Of a DNA stretch of 64,000 nucleotides, positions 16,562-27,174 are shown piece after piece; position 1 is the first letter of the stretch; every line of letters starts with the position of its first letter. This DNA comes from a bacterium (GTDB lineage Bacteria > Patescibacteriota > Minisyncoccia > Phycocordibacterales > UBA6899), in the NCBI GenBank assembly GCA_043756865.1, contig JAYUQG010000019.1, positions 33,772 through 97,771 on the forward strand, read 5' to 3'. The notes beneath the pieces were generated by a model, which did no database searches, had not been told where the DNA came from, and saw nothing but the letters and a program-made list of their open reading frames with translations. Position numbers and translations under genes: made by a program.

Positions 16562-17305
16562 ATGTTTGATATATCAGTTATATCCGCATTTATTGGCGGA
16601 CTACTTACGTTTCTTGCTCCCTGCACACTCCCACTCATTCCCGCTTACTTGGCTTTTATCGGGGGTACGACCGGTCAGAGTGCACATGGTACGAGCGTGC
16701 GTCGCAACCTGCTTTTGAATGCAGTCTGTTTTATCCTCGGTTTTTCTTTTGTGTTTATTGTCTTCGGAATGGCGTCCGGCGCCCTTGGTACCTATCTTGT
16801 ACTTTATCGCAAAATTCTTGCTCAGATTGGGGGTGTTGTTGTAATCCTGTTCGGCATCTCAATGCTCGGGGTGTTTACATTGCCAAGTATATCCGCAGGG
16901 TGGGGAGGTTTTGTGCCAAAGTGGCTAAAGGCGGGAACAACAAAAGGTTCATTTCTGCTCGGACTGCTTTTTGCACTCGGCTGGAGCCCATGCCTCGGCC
17001 CCGTGCTTGGGACCATCTATATACTTGCAGTAACCAAGGGGACGGTGCTCGCAGGAGGAGCGCTGTTATTTGTATACTCGATGGGACTTGCGTTGCCATT
17101 TCTTGTCGTGGCCTACCTTTATGGTTCTGCGTGGACGTACGTGGGCACACTCGGCAAATTTCTCCCCGTTATAAGCAAGGCAGGCGCAGTGCTTCTGATT
17201 GTCATCGGACTACTCCTTGTCATTGGGCAGTTTGGTATGTTGAATACCTGGGTTATTAACCTTATTGGAGATATTGGGTATGACCGTTTTGTTGAATTGA
17301 TGTAG
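16562..17305 (+). CDS. ccdA: cytochrome c-type biogenesis protein CcdA / DsbD-family thiol-disulfide transporter
   Basis: FLAPCTLPLIPAYLAFIGG conserved Cys motif with a second Cys (WSPCLGP). 6 TM segments. Confidence 0.75.
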   Translation: MFDISVISAFIGGLLTFLAPCTLPLIPAYLAFIGGTTGQSAHGTSVRRNLLLNAVCFILGFSFVFIVFGMASGALGTYLVLYRKILAQIGGVVVILFGISMLGVFTLPSISAGWGGFVPKWLKAGTTKGSFLLGLLFALGWSPCLGPVLGTIYILAVTKGTVLAGGALLFVYSMGLALPFLVVAYLYGSAWTYVGTLGKFLPVISKAGAVLLIVIGLLLVIGQFGMLNTWVINLIGDIGYDRFVELM

Positions 17306-17384
17306 TCCCTAAGTTAAACCCCAGAAGACAGTAGTTGCATGATTCCTGTTGGTTGCAAGTACTCAAAAAAGGTAGAATTACATC

Positions 17385-17894
17385 ATGGATAAAAAAAGCA
17401 CAATTGTTATCGCCGTTATTCTCGGTCTCGCGCTTGTCGGCTTTATCGTGATTTCATTTCAAAAATCTACACTTGATACGCAGTCCGCTACGCAGGACCT
17501 CGCGTCCACAACGCAGTGGATGAATAGCCCCGCTGCTCCGGCGGATAGTCAGCCGATGGCACAAAAAATTGTTATTACTGCAAAGCATGCCTACCGCACG
17601 GGTGAGCATATTATTGTTGGCGAAATCCCACTGCCAACGCAGTGTCACATCCTTGAGTCAAAGGGCATCGCTTCCGCCGACAAAAAACAGGTCTTTTTTG
17701 AGTTCATTTCAACCATTAAAACGGGTGAGGTTTGTGCGCAATCAATCACACCGGCACGTTTTCGAGTGAACGTGAAGGCGGACAAACCGGCACGCCTAAG
17801 CGCCACCCTAAACGGGCAAGAAGTTACCCTCAACCTCATCGAGGCTGGACCAAATGAAGACCTTGAAAATTTTGAGCTCTACCTTAAGGGGTAA
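17385..17894 (+). CDS. membrane-anchored hypothetical protein
   Basis: N-terminal TM TIVIAVILGLALVGFIVI. Confidence 0.45.
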   Translation: MDKKSTIVIAVILGLALVGFIVISFQKSTLDTQSATQDLASTTQWMNSPAAPADSQPMAQKIVITAKHAYRTGEHIIVGEIPLPTQCHILESKGIASADKKQVFFEFISTIKTGEVCAQSITPARFRVNVKADKPARLSATLNGQEVTLNLIEAGPNEDLENFELYLKG

Positions 17895-18033
17895 TGTTGT
17901 CTCTGTCTAGCGCGGAAGCGTCAGGACTTACGTTCCCCGTCTGCCGTCGTAGTCCTTTACTTTTCACGAAAATACAGCCCCTTGCGTATTGGTTTTGACT
18001 CAGCTTCGGTACATTTGCTACCCTAGCGTTACT

Positions 18034-18576
18034 ATGCAAAAACAAAAACAACAGCTTTTACTCATGTTGGTGATTGGGGCGCTCGTAGGTGTATTTGCCG
18101 TTAAGGCATTTAGTGGTGACTCGGCCGATAATCTTAGTCGGGACGACGGGACTACTCCATCGGGTGCTACAACCACAAGTGTGATTGATGCTACGCCGAA
18201 ATCGAGTATTTCCAAAAGCAGCAGTTTTCCTATTCCTCCAAGTGTTCCCGCAAATACTCGGGTTGGGCTTTCGGTGTCAGACCAAGCCGCAGCACGCACC
18301 GTACTCATCTCAGGTCTCCAGACAGCAGAAACAGGATGGGTGGCAGTGTATGACGAAAAAGATGGTGCTCCTTTCTGGATACTTGGCGCACAAAAAATAA
18401 ACCCAAGTGACAAACAGGTGACCGTCGACCTACTTCGACCAGAAGGTATGATTTCAGGTAAGACTTACTTTGCGGCTATTCTCTTCGAGAACGGGGATGG
18501 GGTATTCAACAGGCTCACCGACCTTCCTCCACTCACACCCGACAAGGTAACTATCGTCAGCTTCAAGGCACTATAA
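18034..18576 (+). CDS. membrane-anchored hypothetical protein
   Basis: ORF-track start 17989 is TTG; ATG at 18034 (MQKQKQQLLLMLVIGALVGVFA signal anchor). Confidence 0.45.
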   Translation: MQKQKQQLLLMLVIGALVGVFAVKAFSGDSADNLSRDDGTTPSGATTTSVIDATPKSSISKSSSFPIPPSVPANTRVGLSVSDQAAARTVLISGLQTAETGWVAVYDEKDGAPFWILGAQKINPSDKQVTVDLLRPEGMISGKTYFAAILFENGDGVFNRLTDLPPLTPDKVTIVSFKAL

Positions 18577-18705
18577 GATTTTTCACACTTAAAGACAGGC
18601 ACCTTGTGGTTACCCACAGAATGCCTGTTTTTTAGTTTCCCATGAAGTCATGCTATAATATTTGGGTAGACAGGCTCCTGCGAGGTAAGGCATGTCACTC
18701 TTTAC

Positions 18706-19923
18706 ATGAGAAATATCAGGGTACTAATGTTTGGCTGGGAATTCCCCCCGCATAATAGCGGTGGTCTTGGAACAGCCTGCTATGGACTGACCAAGGGGCT
18801 CACCCTTGCAAATGTTTCGATTACATTTGTATTACCAAAACGCCTCAGTGGTTTCGACCACGATTTTCTCAAAATTGTTTTTGCGAATATTCGCAATATC
18901 AAGCTACGCAGTATCACCAGTCTCATACATCCTTACATTACGTCTGAGAGATACGATGAATACTTGCGCACCGTACCCGAGGGTGCGATCTATGGACTCA
19001 ATTTGTTTGACGAAGTTCGGCGATATGGACTGCAGGCACGTATTATTGCGGCAGAAGAACCACACGACATTATTCACGCTCATGATTGGCTATCGTTTAG
19101 AGCAGGCATTGAAGCGAAACGTGTTTCAGGCAAGCCGCTTGTGGTGCACGTCCATGCCACAGAGTTTGATCGCACTGCAGGTCACCCAAACCAGTACATC
19201 TACGAAGAGGAGCGCCGGGGATTACACGCCGCAGACTGTATTATTGCGGTGTCACAGCACACCAAAAACGTAATCGTTGAACATTACGGCATCGATGCGA
19301 GTCGCGTAGCAGTAGTACACAACGGAATCGACATGGCAGACCACCGCAGATCGCTTCCGCCCGCGCTTGATAACATCCGTCACCACGGGAAAAAGATTGT
19401 TCTTTTTGTGGGGCGCATCACCATTCAGAAAGGACCGGACTATTTTATAAAGGTTGCGAAGCGCGTCCTTGAATACGACAAGAACGTTCTGTTTGTTATT
19501 TCAGGAGCAGGTGACATGGAGCACCAGATTATCAAGCTTGCCTCAAACATGGGACTCTCGGACAGCATTGTGTTTGCAGGGTTCGTACGTGGAGACGACC
19601 TCATGAAACTCTACCGTGCCGCAGACCTCTATGTTATGCCATCGGTGTCGGAACCGTTCGGTCTTACCGCACTAGAGGCACTTGCAAACGGTACCCCCAT
19701 TCTTGTCTCCAAGCAGTCGGGGGTTTCAGAAGTGCTTACACATGCGCTTAAGTCTGATTTTTGGGATATTGACGACATGGCAGACAAAATCATCAACGTT
19801 GTCGGTAGTAAAGGCCTTCAGGAGACACTTGGCGAGTTGGGTTCAAAAGACGTTGAGCACGTTACCTGGGAATCTGCAGCAGGGAAGTGTGTCTCCATTT
19901 ACCAGAATGCTATGAGAAATTAG
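18706..19923 (+). CDS. glycosyltransferase GT4/GT5, glycogen(starch)-synthase-like
   Basis: MFGWEFPPHNSGGLGTACYGL (archaeal-type glycogen synthase N-motif). EPFGLTALEA. Adjacent to the GH57 and GH15 genes. Confidence 0.7.
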   Translation: MRNIRVLMFGWEFPPHNSGGLGTACYGLTKGLTLANVSITFVLPKRLSGFDHDFLKIVFANIRNIKLRSITSLIHPYITSERYDEYLRTVPEGAIYGLNLFDEVRRYGLQARIIAAEEPHDIIHAHDWLSFRAGIEAKRVSGKPLVVHVHATEFDRTAGHPNQYIYEEERRGLHAADCIIAVSQHTKNVIVEHYGIDASRVAVVHNGIDMADHRRSLPPALDNIRHHGKKIVLFVGRITIQKGPDYFIKVAKRVLEYDKNVLFVISGAGDMEHQIIKLASNMGLSDSIVFAGFVRGDDLMKLYRAADLYVMPSVSEPFGLTALEALANGTPILVSKQSGVSEVLTHALKSDFWDIDDMADKIINVVGSKGLQETLGELGSKDVEHVTWESAAGKCVSIYQNAMRN

Positions 19924-19986
19924 TGTGCGTCATGGCGCTGAATCAAAGACGCAATACGTTTTGGATTAGTTTATAACTTTTATCAT

Positions 19987-21303
19987 ATGCCCTCAGTCTG
20001 TTTCTATTTTCAAGTGCATCAACCATACCGCGTCAAGAAGTACCGGATTTTTGATGTGGGCAACGATCACGAGTATTTTAATGACCGCTCTGACCGCGAC
20101 ATCAACAACGAAAAAATCTTGCACAAGGTCGCGAACAAGTGTTATCTCCCGACCAATGCACTTATGCTCGAGCTTCTTGAGCAGCACCCAAAGTTTAAAA
20201 TTGCATATTCTTTTTCTGGTGTTTTCCTCGACCAACTCGAGCAATTCTCCCCAGAAACGTTGCTCTCTTTCCAAAAGCTTGTGGCGACAGGGCGAGTCGA
20301 AATTCTCGACGAGACCTACTACCACTCACTCTCATTTCTCTATTCCAAAGAGGAATTCGTGAAGCAAGTAGAAATGCATCGCGCAAAAGTGAAAAAGCTT
20401 TTTGGCGTAACCCCAACAGTATTTCGTAACACCGAGTTGATATACAACAATGAGCTCGCTGCGTACGTGGAGGGCATGGGCTACAAGGCTATCATTGCAG
20501 AAGGAGCCGACCACCTACTAGGATGGCGCAGTCCGAATTTTCTCTATAAATCTCCAGGGACAAAGAAAATCAAGACCCTACTCAAGAATTACAAGCTTTC
20601 CGACGATATTGCGTTTCGCTTTTCGTCGCGTGACTGGGCTGAGTGGCCACTCACATCTGAGAAGTTTGCTGCATGGATAGGCAATGTAAATGGCAATGGC
20701 AATATTGTGAATCTTTTCATGGATTATGAAACTTTTGGAGAGCACCAATGGGAGGACACGGGCATTTTCAATTTTATGCGAGCGCTTCCGGGTGCAATAC
20801 TGGCAAATCCCGATAATGATTTCGTTACACCATCCGAAGCCGCAGAGAAATACCCCGTTGTAGGTGAGTTTGATGCACACAACTTTGTCTCATGGGCAGA
20901 TGTGGAGCGCGACCTTTCTGCGTGGCTTTCCAACAGTATGCAGCACGAGGCCATCAACAACATTTACGCAATGGAAGCAGATGTTCTTGCTACGGGAGAC
21001 CAGAGCATCATCGAGGACTGGCGCAAACTCCAGACTTCCGACCACTACTATTACATGTGTACAAAATGGTTTGCCGATGGCGATGTGCACAAGTATTTTA
21101 ACCCCTACGACACCCCCTACGAGGCATTTATTGCATTCAACAATGTGATTCACGATCTTCGAATACGTATTGAGGCACGTAAAAAGACGCGACAAGCAAG
21201 CAAGAAACCCGCGAAAGCTGGGGTAACTCCAAAAAAAGTGGCGAAGAAAGTAGCCTCCAAGACATCAAAGAAGGTTGCGAAAAAGAAGGTGGTCAAGGAA
21301 TAG
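19987..21303 (+). CDS. glycoside hydrolase family 57 (alpha-amylase/4-alpha-glucanotransferase-like) with Lys/Ala-rich C-terminal tail
   Basis: CFYFQVHQPYR N-terminal GH57 signature. Tail KKTRQASKKPAKAGVTPKKVAKKVASKTSKKVAKKKVVKE. Confidence 0.75.
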   Translation: MPSVCFYFQVHQPYRVKKYRIFDVGNDHEYFNDRSDRDINNEKILHKVANKCYLPTNALMLELLEQHPKFKIAYSFSGVFLDQLEQFSPETLLSFQKLVATGRVEILDETYYHSLSFLYSKEEFVKQVEMHRAKVKKLFGVTPTVFRNTELIYNNELAAYVEGMGYKAIIAEGADHLLGWRSPNFLYKSPGTKKIKTLLKNYKLSDDIAFRFSSRDWAEWPLTSEKFAAWIGNVNGNGNIVNLFMDYETFGEHQWEDTGIFNFMRALPGAILANPDNDFVTPSEAAEKYPVVGEFDAHNFVSWADVERDLSAWLSNSMQHEAINNIYAMEADVLATGDQSIIEDWRKLQTSDHYYYMCTKWFADGDVHKYFNPYDTPYEAFIAFNNVIHDLRIRIEARKKTRQASKKPAKAGVTPKKVAKKVASKTSKKVAKKKVVKE

Positions 21304-21352
21304 CATTAAATTTTATTTTGAGTTTTACCCATGCTAAACAGCGCATGGTGAA

Positions 21353-23350
21353 ATGTTTTGCTATACTATCCTTATGGCGAAGTCCCTTGCTTTTGGAAAT
21401 GGAACAGTACTCGTTTGCACTGACCAGTACGCACGCGTGCGTGATTTGTATTTTCCCTACATTGGCCTAGAGAATCACGCAGGCGGGAGCAATGCGCATC
21501 GTCTCGGAGTGTGGGTGGACGGGCAATTTTCTTGGCTCGACGATGGATCGTGGGTTATCGATGTACGCTCAGACACTGCATATACTGGCCTTACCAGTGC
21601 GTCGTCTGAGCGACTTGGCATATCGCTACATTTCACTGATGTCCTTTTTAATGAAAAGAACATTTTTTTGCGTAAAATTAAAGTACACAATACGCATTCT
21701 CGCGAACGCGAAGTGCGCTTCTTTGTAAATCACCAATTCGAGATTTATCACTCTGAAAAAGGGGACACTGCATTTTATGACCCCGAGAATAACACGGTGG
21801 TTCACTATGAGGGCAGGCGGGCATTTCTCGTGAATGCATGGCAAGACGATCACGGATTCGATGATTATACCGTCGGAATTTTCCAAATTGAAGGCAAAGA
21901 GGGGACCTACAAGGATGCGGAGGACGGGGAACTTGCGAAAAATGTAATTGAGCATGGTCGTGTGGATTCGACAATTGGCATCAAGCTTGTCATTCCCGAG
22001 GACAGCGTAAAGACATTTCACTATTGGTTCACCGTTGGTGAGTCCGTTGACGAGGTGCGTGAACTGAACAAATATGTACTTGCGCACTCACCAGACGCGG
22101 TGATGAAATCTGCGCGTGACTATTGGCATGCGTGGGTGGAGCGCAACGAGTGGAACTACTACGGCCTCGGCGATAACCTCATTGATTTATTCAAGAAGTC
22201 ACAGTTTTTTCTACGCTCACACGTTGATAACCACGGGGGTATTATCGCTTCGGGAGATTCCGACATGCTTCAGGGGGGGCGAGACACCTACGCCTACGTG
22301 TGGCCACGCGATGCAGCATATGTTTCGGTTACATTAGACTGGCTTGGTGACCGTCATAGCGCAAGGAAATTTTTCGATTTCTGCAACTCTGTTATTACCA
22401 AGGACGGCTATCTGATGCATAAGTATCGCGCAGATTCCTCGCTCGGCTCATCTTGGCATGGATATGTTGTGGACGGAAAACCTGAGCTTCCTATACAGGA
22501 GGACGAGACTGCACTCATACTTTGGGCGCTTTGGGAGCATTGGCTGGCATCAAAGGATCTTGATTACATTGAGTCCATATACAACTCATTTATCGTCAAA
22601 GCAGCTACTTTCCTTGTGTCCTATCGAGACCCATATACCGGTCTACCGAAATCCTCATATAACCTCTGGGAGGAGAAGTTTGGCGTACATACGTATACCG
22701 CCGCGACTGTCTATGCAGGCCTCAAGGTTGCCGCACGATTTGCAGAAATACTTGGTAAAGATCGCTCAGAACATAACTTTGATGACGTTGCTGAAGAAAT
22801 GCGCCATGCAATCATCAAGCACCTCTACGATGAGGAGAAAGGATATTTTATCCGATCTGTTTCGCACGATAAGGATGGAAAACTCACCTACGACAGAACA
22901 CTCGATGCCTCGAGTGCATATGGCATATTTCTTTTCGGTGTACTGCCCAAGGACGATGCAAGACTTGTGCGTGCCATCAACCTCACCAAAGAGCGTCTCA
23001 CTATAAAAACACCGGTACTTGGTATGGCTCGTTATGAAGGTGACCAATACTATCGCAGAGTTGAGGACGTTCCCGGTAACCCATGGTTTATTACCACACT
23101 GTGGTACACGCAATATGCGATTAGTATCGCGAAAAGTGACCATGACTTGGATCAGGTACGCAGCGACCTGAACTGGGTTGAGCGTTCTTCGTTACGATCG
23201 GGAATCCTTTCTGAACAATTGAATCCGCACACGCGTGAACAGCTTGGCGCAGCACCACTTACATGGAGTCATGCCGAATACATTCGTACGGTTATTATGT
23301 ACATGCGTAAGCTCACGGAACTCGGGCTCATAAAAAAACATGTCGAATAA
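21353..23350 (+). CDS. glycoside hydrolase family 15 (glucoamylase/glucodextranase-like)
   Basis: GIIASGDSDMLQGGRDTYAYVWPRDAAY (GH15 YxYxWxRD motif). 665 aa. Alternative ATG at 21374. Confidence 0.8.
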   Translation: MFCYTILMAKSLAFGNGTVLVCTDQYARVRDLYFPYIGLENHAGGSNAHRLGVWVDGQFSWLDDGSWVIDVRSDTAYTGLTSASSERLGISLHFTDVLFNEKNIFLRKIKVHNTHSREREVRFFVNHQFEIYHSEKGDTAFYDPENNTVVHYEGRRAFLVNAWQDDHGFDDYTVGIFQIEGKEGTYKDAEDGELAKNVIEHGRVDSTIGIKLVIPEDSVKTFHYWFTVGESVDEVRELNKYVLAHSPDAVMKSARDYWHAWVERNEWNYYGLGDNLIDLFKKSQFFLRSHVDNHGGIIASGDSDMLQGGRDTYAYVWPRDAAYVSVTLDWLGDRHSARKFFDFCNSVITKDGYLMHKYRADSSLGSSWHGYVVDGKPELPIQEDETALILWALWEHWLASKDLDYIESIYNSFIVKAATFLVSYRDPYTGLPKSSYNLWEEKFGVHTYTAATVYAGLKVAARFAEILGKDRSEHNFDDVAEEMRHAIIKHLYDEEKGYFIRSVSHDKDGKLTYDRTLDASSAYGIFLFGVLPKDDARLVRAINLTKERLTIKTPVLGMARYEGDQYYRRVEDVPGNPWFITTLWYTQYAISIAKSDHDLDQVRSDLNWVERSSLRSGILSEQLNPHTREQLGAAPLTWSHAEYIRTVIMYMRKLTELGLIKKHVE

Positions 23351-24665
23351 TCTCGTTATCACACATCGCAACACGGGGAGAATGAAGCATGGGACACATG
23401 CGGTTCTCGACCAGACCTACCACGAGGAGTTGCTACGAATATCCCGTCTGCGCTCGGGTGCATACGAAACTCGCGAACACGTAATTCGACTTCCCGCAGA
23501 TGCGAGTATGATTGCAGAAACAAAGCATATGGCAGAGCGCTTTTATAGTTCTACGCTTCGCTATGTTGTCGTTATTGGAATTGGTGGCTCAAATCTCGGT
23601 GCCAAAGCGGTGTATGACGCACTGCGTGGCTCACTTGACCTCGCATCACCAAACGAACCAAAAATCATTTTTCTCGACACCGTGAGCACGCACCTACTCC
23701 ATGCCATAACAGAAATGCTGCTCACCAAGACAACGCACGCAGAAGAAATCATTATCAACCTTGTGAGTAAGTCGGGGAGCACCACTGAGAGCATCGCGAA
23801 TTTCGAACTACTGATGGAGACACTTGCATCGCGCCTGCTCGATATCGAAAAGCGCGTTGTTATCACAACAGACAATGGTTCTCCACTGTGGAAGCTGGGA
23901 GAAGAGCGCGGTTACGGACTACTTACTATTCCCAAAATGGTTGGTGGGCGCTATTCAGTATTTTCGACTGTCGGACTCTTTCCTTTGATGCTTGCGGGAA
24001 TTGACGTCGTAGAGCTTTGCGAAGGGGCAAAAAATGTACTTGAGTCACTTGAGCCCAACTCACCATCCGGCAATCGGGCGAAGCGTGCCGCAGAGGAGTT
24101 ATACAGCTATCACAAAAGCGGCTGCAGTATATTGAATTTATTTTTCTTTAACCCTGAACTTGAATCATTAGGAAAGTGGGAACGACAACTTGTAGGGGAG
24201 TCGCTGGGAAAAGAGAAGGATAAGTCTGGAAAGACTGTACATGCAGGCATTACTCCAATCGTTTCCATTGGTTCAACCGATTTACACTCCATGGCACAGC
24301 TCTACTTTGGGGGTCCTCGAGATAAATACACCATGCTTATTCATGCTGGGGAGATAACCTCGAGAAAAATACAAGCGGAACCACTCTTGCCAGGACTTAT
24401 AGCGCACCTCGGTGGCAAATCGCCCACCGAGGTCATGGAGGCAATTTTTTCAGGAGTAATGGACGCTTATACCACAAATGAATTACCCTTTGTCGAAGTA
24501 CGCATGTCGCGACTTTCGGCACATACACTAGGCATGTATCTACAGTGGCGCATGCTCACCGTTATCTACCTCGCACACCTCATGCACGTGGACCCGTTTG
24601 ATCAACCAAACGTTGAAGATTATAAGAAGGGCACGCGAGAGCGGCTCGCATTGCAGAATAAATAA
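23340..24665 (+). CDS. pgi: glucose-6-phosphate isomerase
   Basis: VVVIGIGGSNLGAKAV signature. Overlaps the GH15 stop by 11 nt. Alternative ATG at 23382. Confidence 0.8.
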   Translation: MSNNLVITHRNTGRMKHGTHAVLDQTYHEELLRISRLRSGAYETREHVIRLPADASMIAETKHMAERFYSSTLRYVVVIGIGGSNLGAKAVYDALRGSLDLASPNEPKIIFLDTVSTHLLHAITEMLLTKTTHAEEIIINLVSKSGSTTESIANFELLMETLASRLLDIEKRVVITTDNGSPLWKLGEERGYGLLTIPKMVGGRYSVFSTVGLFPLMLAGIDVVELCEGAKNVLESLEPNSPSGNRAKRAAEELYSYHKSGCSILNLFFFNPELESLGKWERQLVGESLGKEKDKSGKTVHAGITPIVSIGSTDLHSMAQLYFGGPRDKYTMLIHAGEITSRKIQAEPLLPGLIAHLGGKSPTEVMEAIFSGVMDAYTTNELPFVEVRMSRLSAHTLGMYLQWRMLTVIYLAHLMHVDPFDQPNVEDYKKGTRERLALQNK

Positions 24666-24674
24666 CGCAATTTT

Positions 24675-25535
24675 ATGTATATATTATTTGATATTGGTGG
24701 AACAAACATGCGTGTTGCGCTTTCCCGAGACGGCGAGACATTTGATGAGCCCAAAATTATTCCCACACCAAAAGATTTTGATCAAGGCATGCAAGCGATT
24801 AAGTCTCTTGCGGCGGAACTTTCACAGGGGATGACCGTTATTGCCGCTGCGGGTGGCATAGCAGGGACACTGTCGCGTGACCGAACCATATTTTTAAATG
24901 GACCGCACTTGCAAGGGTGGAACAGAAAACCCATTAAGGCCGCACTGACAGAGGCATTCGGGGGAGTACCCACCTTTGTTGAAAATGACACCGCAATCGT
25001 CGGGCTTGGCGAAGCCGTCGCGGGTGCAGGCAAGGGCTATCCTATTTGTGTATACCTGACTGTTTCAACTGGTGTTGGTGGGGTGCGCATTGTCGATCAA
25101 AAGATTGATGTTTCTGCTATGGGGTTTGAACCAGGGCATCAGATTATTGATGCAGGAGGCCTCTTGCGACAAACCTCGGTGGGGGGGCAGGGAACAGACC
25201 TTGAGGGATACGTTTCCGGTACTGCGATCAGCGAACGCTACGGAAAGAAGCCTTATGAAATTACTGACGAAGCATTCTGGGAAGAAATGGCACGACTACT
25301 TGCGTATGGCGTGAACAATACTATCGTCCACTGGTCTCCCGATGTCGTTGTAATTGGTGGATCTATGATGAAAAAAATTGGCATACCCATCGACCGTGTT
25401 CGCGCACATCTTCAGGGAATTCTTCAAATTTATCCTGAACTCCCTAGAATTGAGCACTCGGCGCTGGGGGACATCGGGGGGCTCTGGGGGGCACTCCATT
25501 TTGTGAAGCAGTGCTTAGGCAATGTCACAAAATAA
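24675..25535 (+). CDS. ROK/BadF-type glucokinase
   Basis: ILFDIGGTNMRVAL N-terminal ATPase motif. Central ENDTAIVGLGE region. No ROK zinc Cys motif visible. Confidence 0.7.
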   Translation: MYILFDIGGTNMRVALSRDGETFDEPKIIPTPKDFDQGMQAIKSLAAELSQGMTVIAAAGGIAGTLSRDRTIFLNGPHLQGWNRKPIKAALTEAFGGVPTFVENDTAIVGLGEAVAGAGKGYPICVYLTVSTGVGGVRIVDQKIDVSAMGFEPGHQIIDAGGLLRQTSVGGQGTDLEGYVSGTAISERYGKKPYEITDEAFWEEMARLLAYGVNNTIVHWSPDVVVIGGSMMKKIGIPIDRVRAHLQGILQIYPELPRIEHSALGDIGGLWGALHFVKQCLGNVTK

Positions 25536-25780
25536 CATGGATCGTCTCGCTCTCATATTTACCCCATCTTCAACTTTACTTCAATCTCGGAATCTTCACC
25601 GTAATCCGACTACGCCTCAGCTTCCGCTCAATCAGCAAAGTCGCGACCTAAAAAATAATGAGCAATGCGAATATATTTTTGGAAGTACTCGTGGTGGTGA
25701 ATCTGTGGCAAATCTGAAACCGAATCCGACCATATTATTTAGTGACAGTGCCTAGAAAAAAGTAACAGTATTTAACTATC

Positions 25781-26494
25781 ATGAAAAAGCACCACAGCGA
25801 ACTCGATATTTTTGATGACCAAAAGTCACCATTCTTTGCAATCGCAAACAACACGCTTGCAATAGCTACACTTGTATCAATTTTGGCCATCGTCCTTGAA
25901 ACGGTAAATTCGTTTGCGCACTACCAGCCTATTTTCACGTTGGTTGAGTATACGACCACTCTGCTCTTTGCTGGTGAGTATTTTTTGCGCTTGTGGTTAG
26001 CAAAATCGAAAGCTCGATACGCGTTTAGTTTTTTTGGTATTGTCGACTTACTTGCCATTATCCCCACATTTCTCGGTATTGCGAATCTTACATTCCTTAA
26101 AGCCACACGGTCGTTACGCATCTTGCGCTTACTGCGCATGGTGCGACTTGCCAAACTGGCTAATCCTAAGAAAAGTTTACCCCACCCCGAATCTATATAT
26201 GGCTTAAATGTGGAAATTTACGGAATTGCACTCCTGCTTTCCATATTGCTTCTTGGAAGTGTCTTATTTGTGGTGGAGGGCCACGCTGCGTATGCCAAGG
26301 ATATCCCATCGGGCATGTATTGGGCATTTAAAGTGTTACTCGGGGGTATGCCATTTGAACAGCCGCTAACATTTGCGGGTACAATTGTGCTCGTCTTTGC
26401 ACGATTCGTCAGCTTGGTGTTACTCGGGTTGTTGCTCAGCCTTATGGGAACAGTCATGAGAAAACTCCTTATTGGCACTGAGGCTGACAAGTAA
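25781..26494 (+). CDS. voltage-sensor-containing ion transport family protein
   Basis: S4-like ATRSLRILRLLRMVRLAKL with Arg at every third position. 5-6 TM segments. No canonical K+ (TVGYG) filter. Confidence 0.6.
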   Translation: MKKHHSELDIFDDQKSPFFAIANNTLAIATLVSILAIVLETVNSFAHYQPIFTLVEYTTTLLFAGEYFLRLWLAKSKARYAFSFFGIVDLLAIIPTFLGIANLTFLKATRSLRILRLLRMVRLAKLANPKKSLPHPESIYGLNVEIYGIALLLSILLLGSVLFVVEGHAAYAKDIPSGMYWAFKVLLGGMPFEQPLTFAGTIVLVFARFVSLVLLGLLLSLMGTVMRKLLIGTEADK

Positions 26495-26512
26495 AGCCTC
26501 CTTTGGTTCAAG

Positions 26513-26540
26513 AAAAAACCGCCATGGTTAGGCGGTTTTA
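26513..26540. terminator. bidirectional hairpin between convergent genes
   Basis: aaaaaACCGCCatggttaGGCGGTttta. It overlaps the folA stop codon. Confidence 0.45.
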
Positions 26541-27034
26541 CGTTCGAGATTCAAGAACTTTTGTTTGTACAGATTGCGTTCATCGGCCTGATGCACCGTA
26601 AGCGAAGCGCGGTGCCACTCGAGTGGGTTGTATTCTGGAAAAAATGCATCACAGACAAAACAATCATCCACTTCGGTAATGAACATACGGTTTGCCTTGG
26701 GAAGTGCCTCTTTGTAGATGCTTGCTCCACCCATGATGAATACATCTTCGCTACTACCTTCCCTTGCTGCGACCCGTAGTGCTTCATGGAGCGAGTGGAC
26801 GTGCCAAACGCCTTTTGCGTGCCACTCGGGATCACGGGTTAGGACGATATTCATCCGGTTGGGAAGTGGTTTCTTGATTGAATCAAAAGTCTTCCGTCCC
26901 ATGATGACGGTACGCCCTGTTGTGAGTTCACGAAAGCGCTTCATGTCGCGTGGAATCTTTTCTGCCCACGGTACGGCATTGTTGATTCCAATGCCAAGGT
27001 TTCTATCCATCGCTGCTATGAGTGAAATGATCAT
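26528..27034 (-). CDS. folA: dihydrofolate reductase
   Basis: MIISLIAAMDRNLGIGINNAVPW...GRKTFDSI...LTRDPEWH, classic DHFR. ORF-track start 27064 is TTG; ATG at 27034. Confidence 0.85.
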   Translation of the reverse strand: MIISLIAAMDRNLGIGINNAVPWAEKIPRDMKRFRELTTGRTVIMGRKTFDSIKKPLPNRMNIVLTRDPEWHAKGVWHVHSLHEALRVAAREGSSEDVFIMGGASIYKEALPKANRMFITEVDDCFVCDAFFPEYNPLEWHRASLTVHQADERNLYKQKFLNLERKTA

Positions 27035-27174
27035 GCTGTGTCCTTTTGACGATACCTGTCTCAACTTTCAAGCTTTCCACAGACTCGCATAAAACAGATA
27101 TTTTGTCACCAGTACCAGAATCGCATATTTACTGCTAAAATACGCACAGTTTTGTACAGCAAAATAAGGTAACC

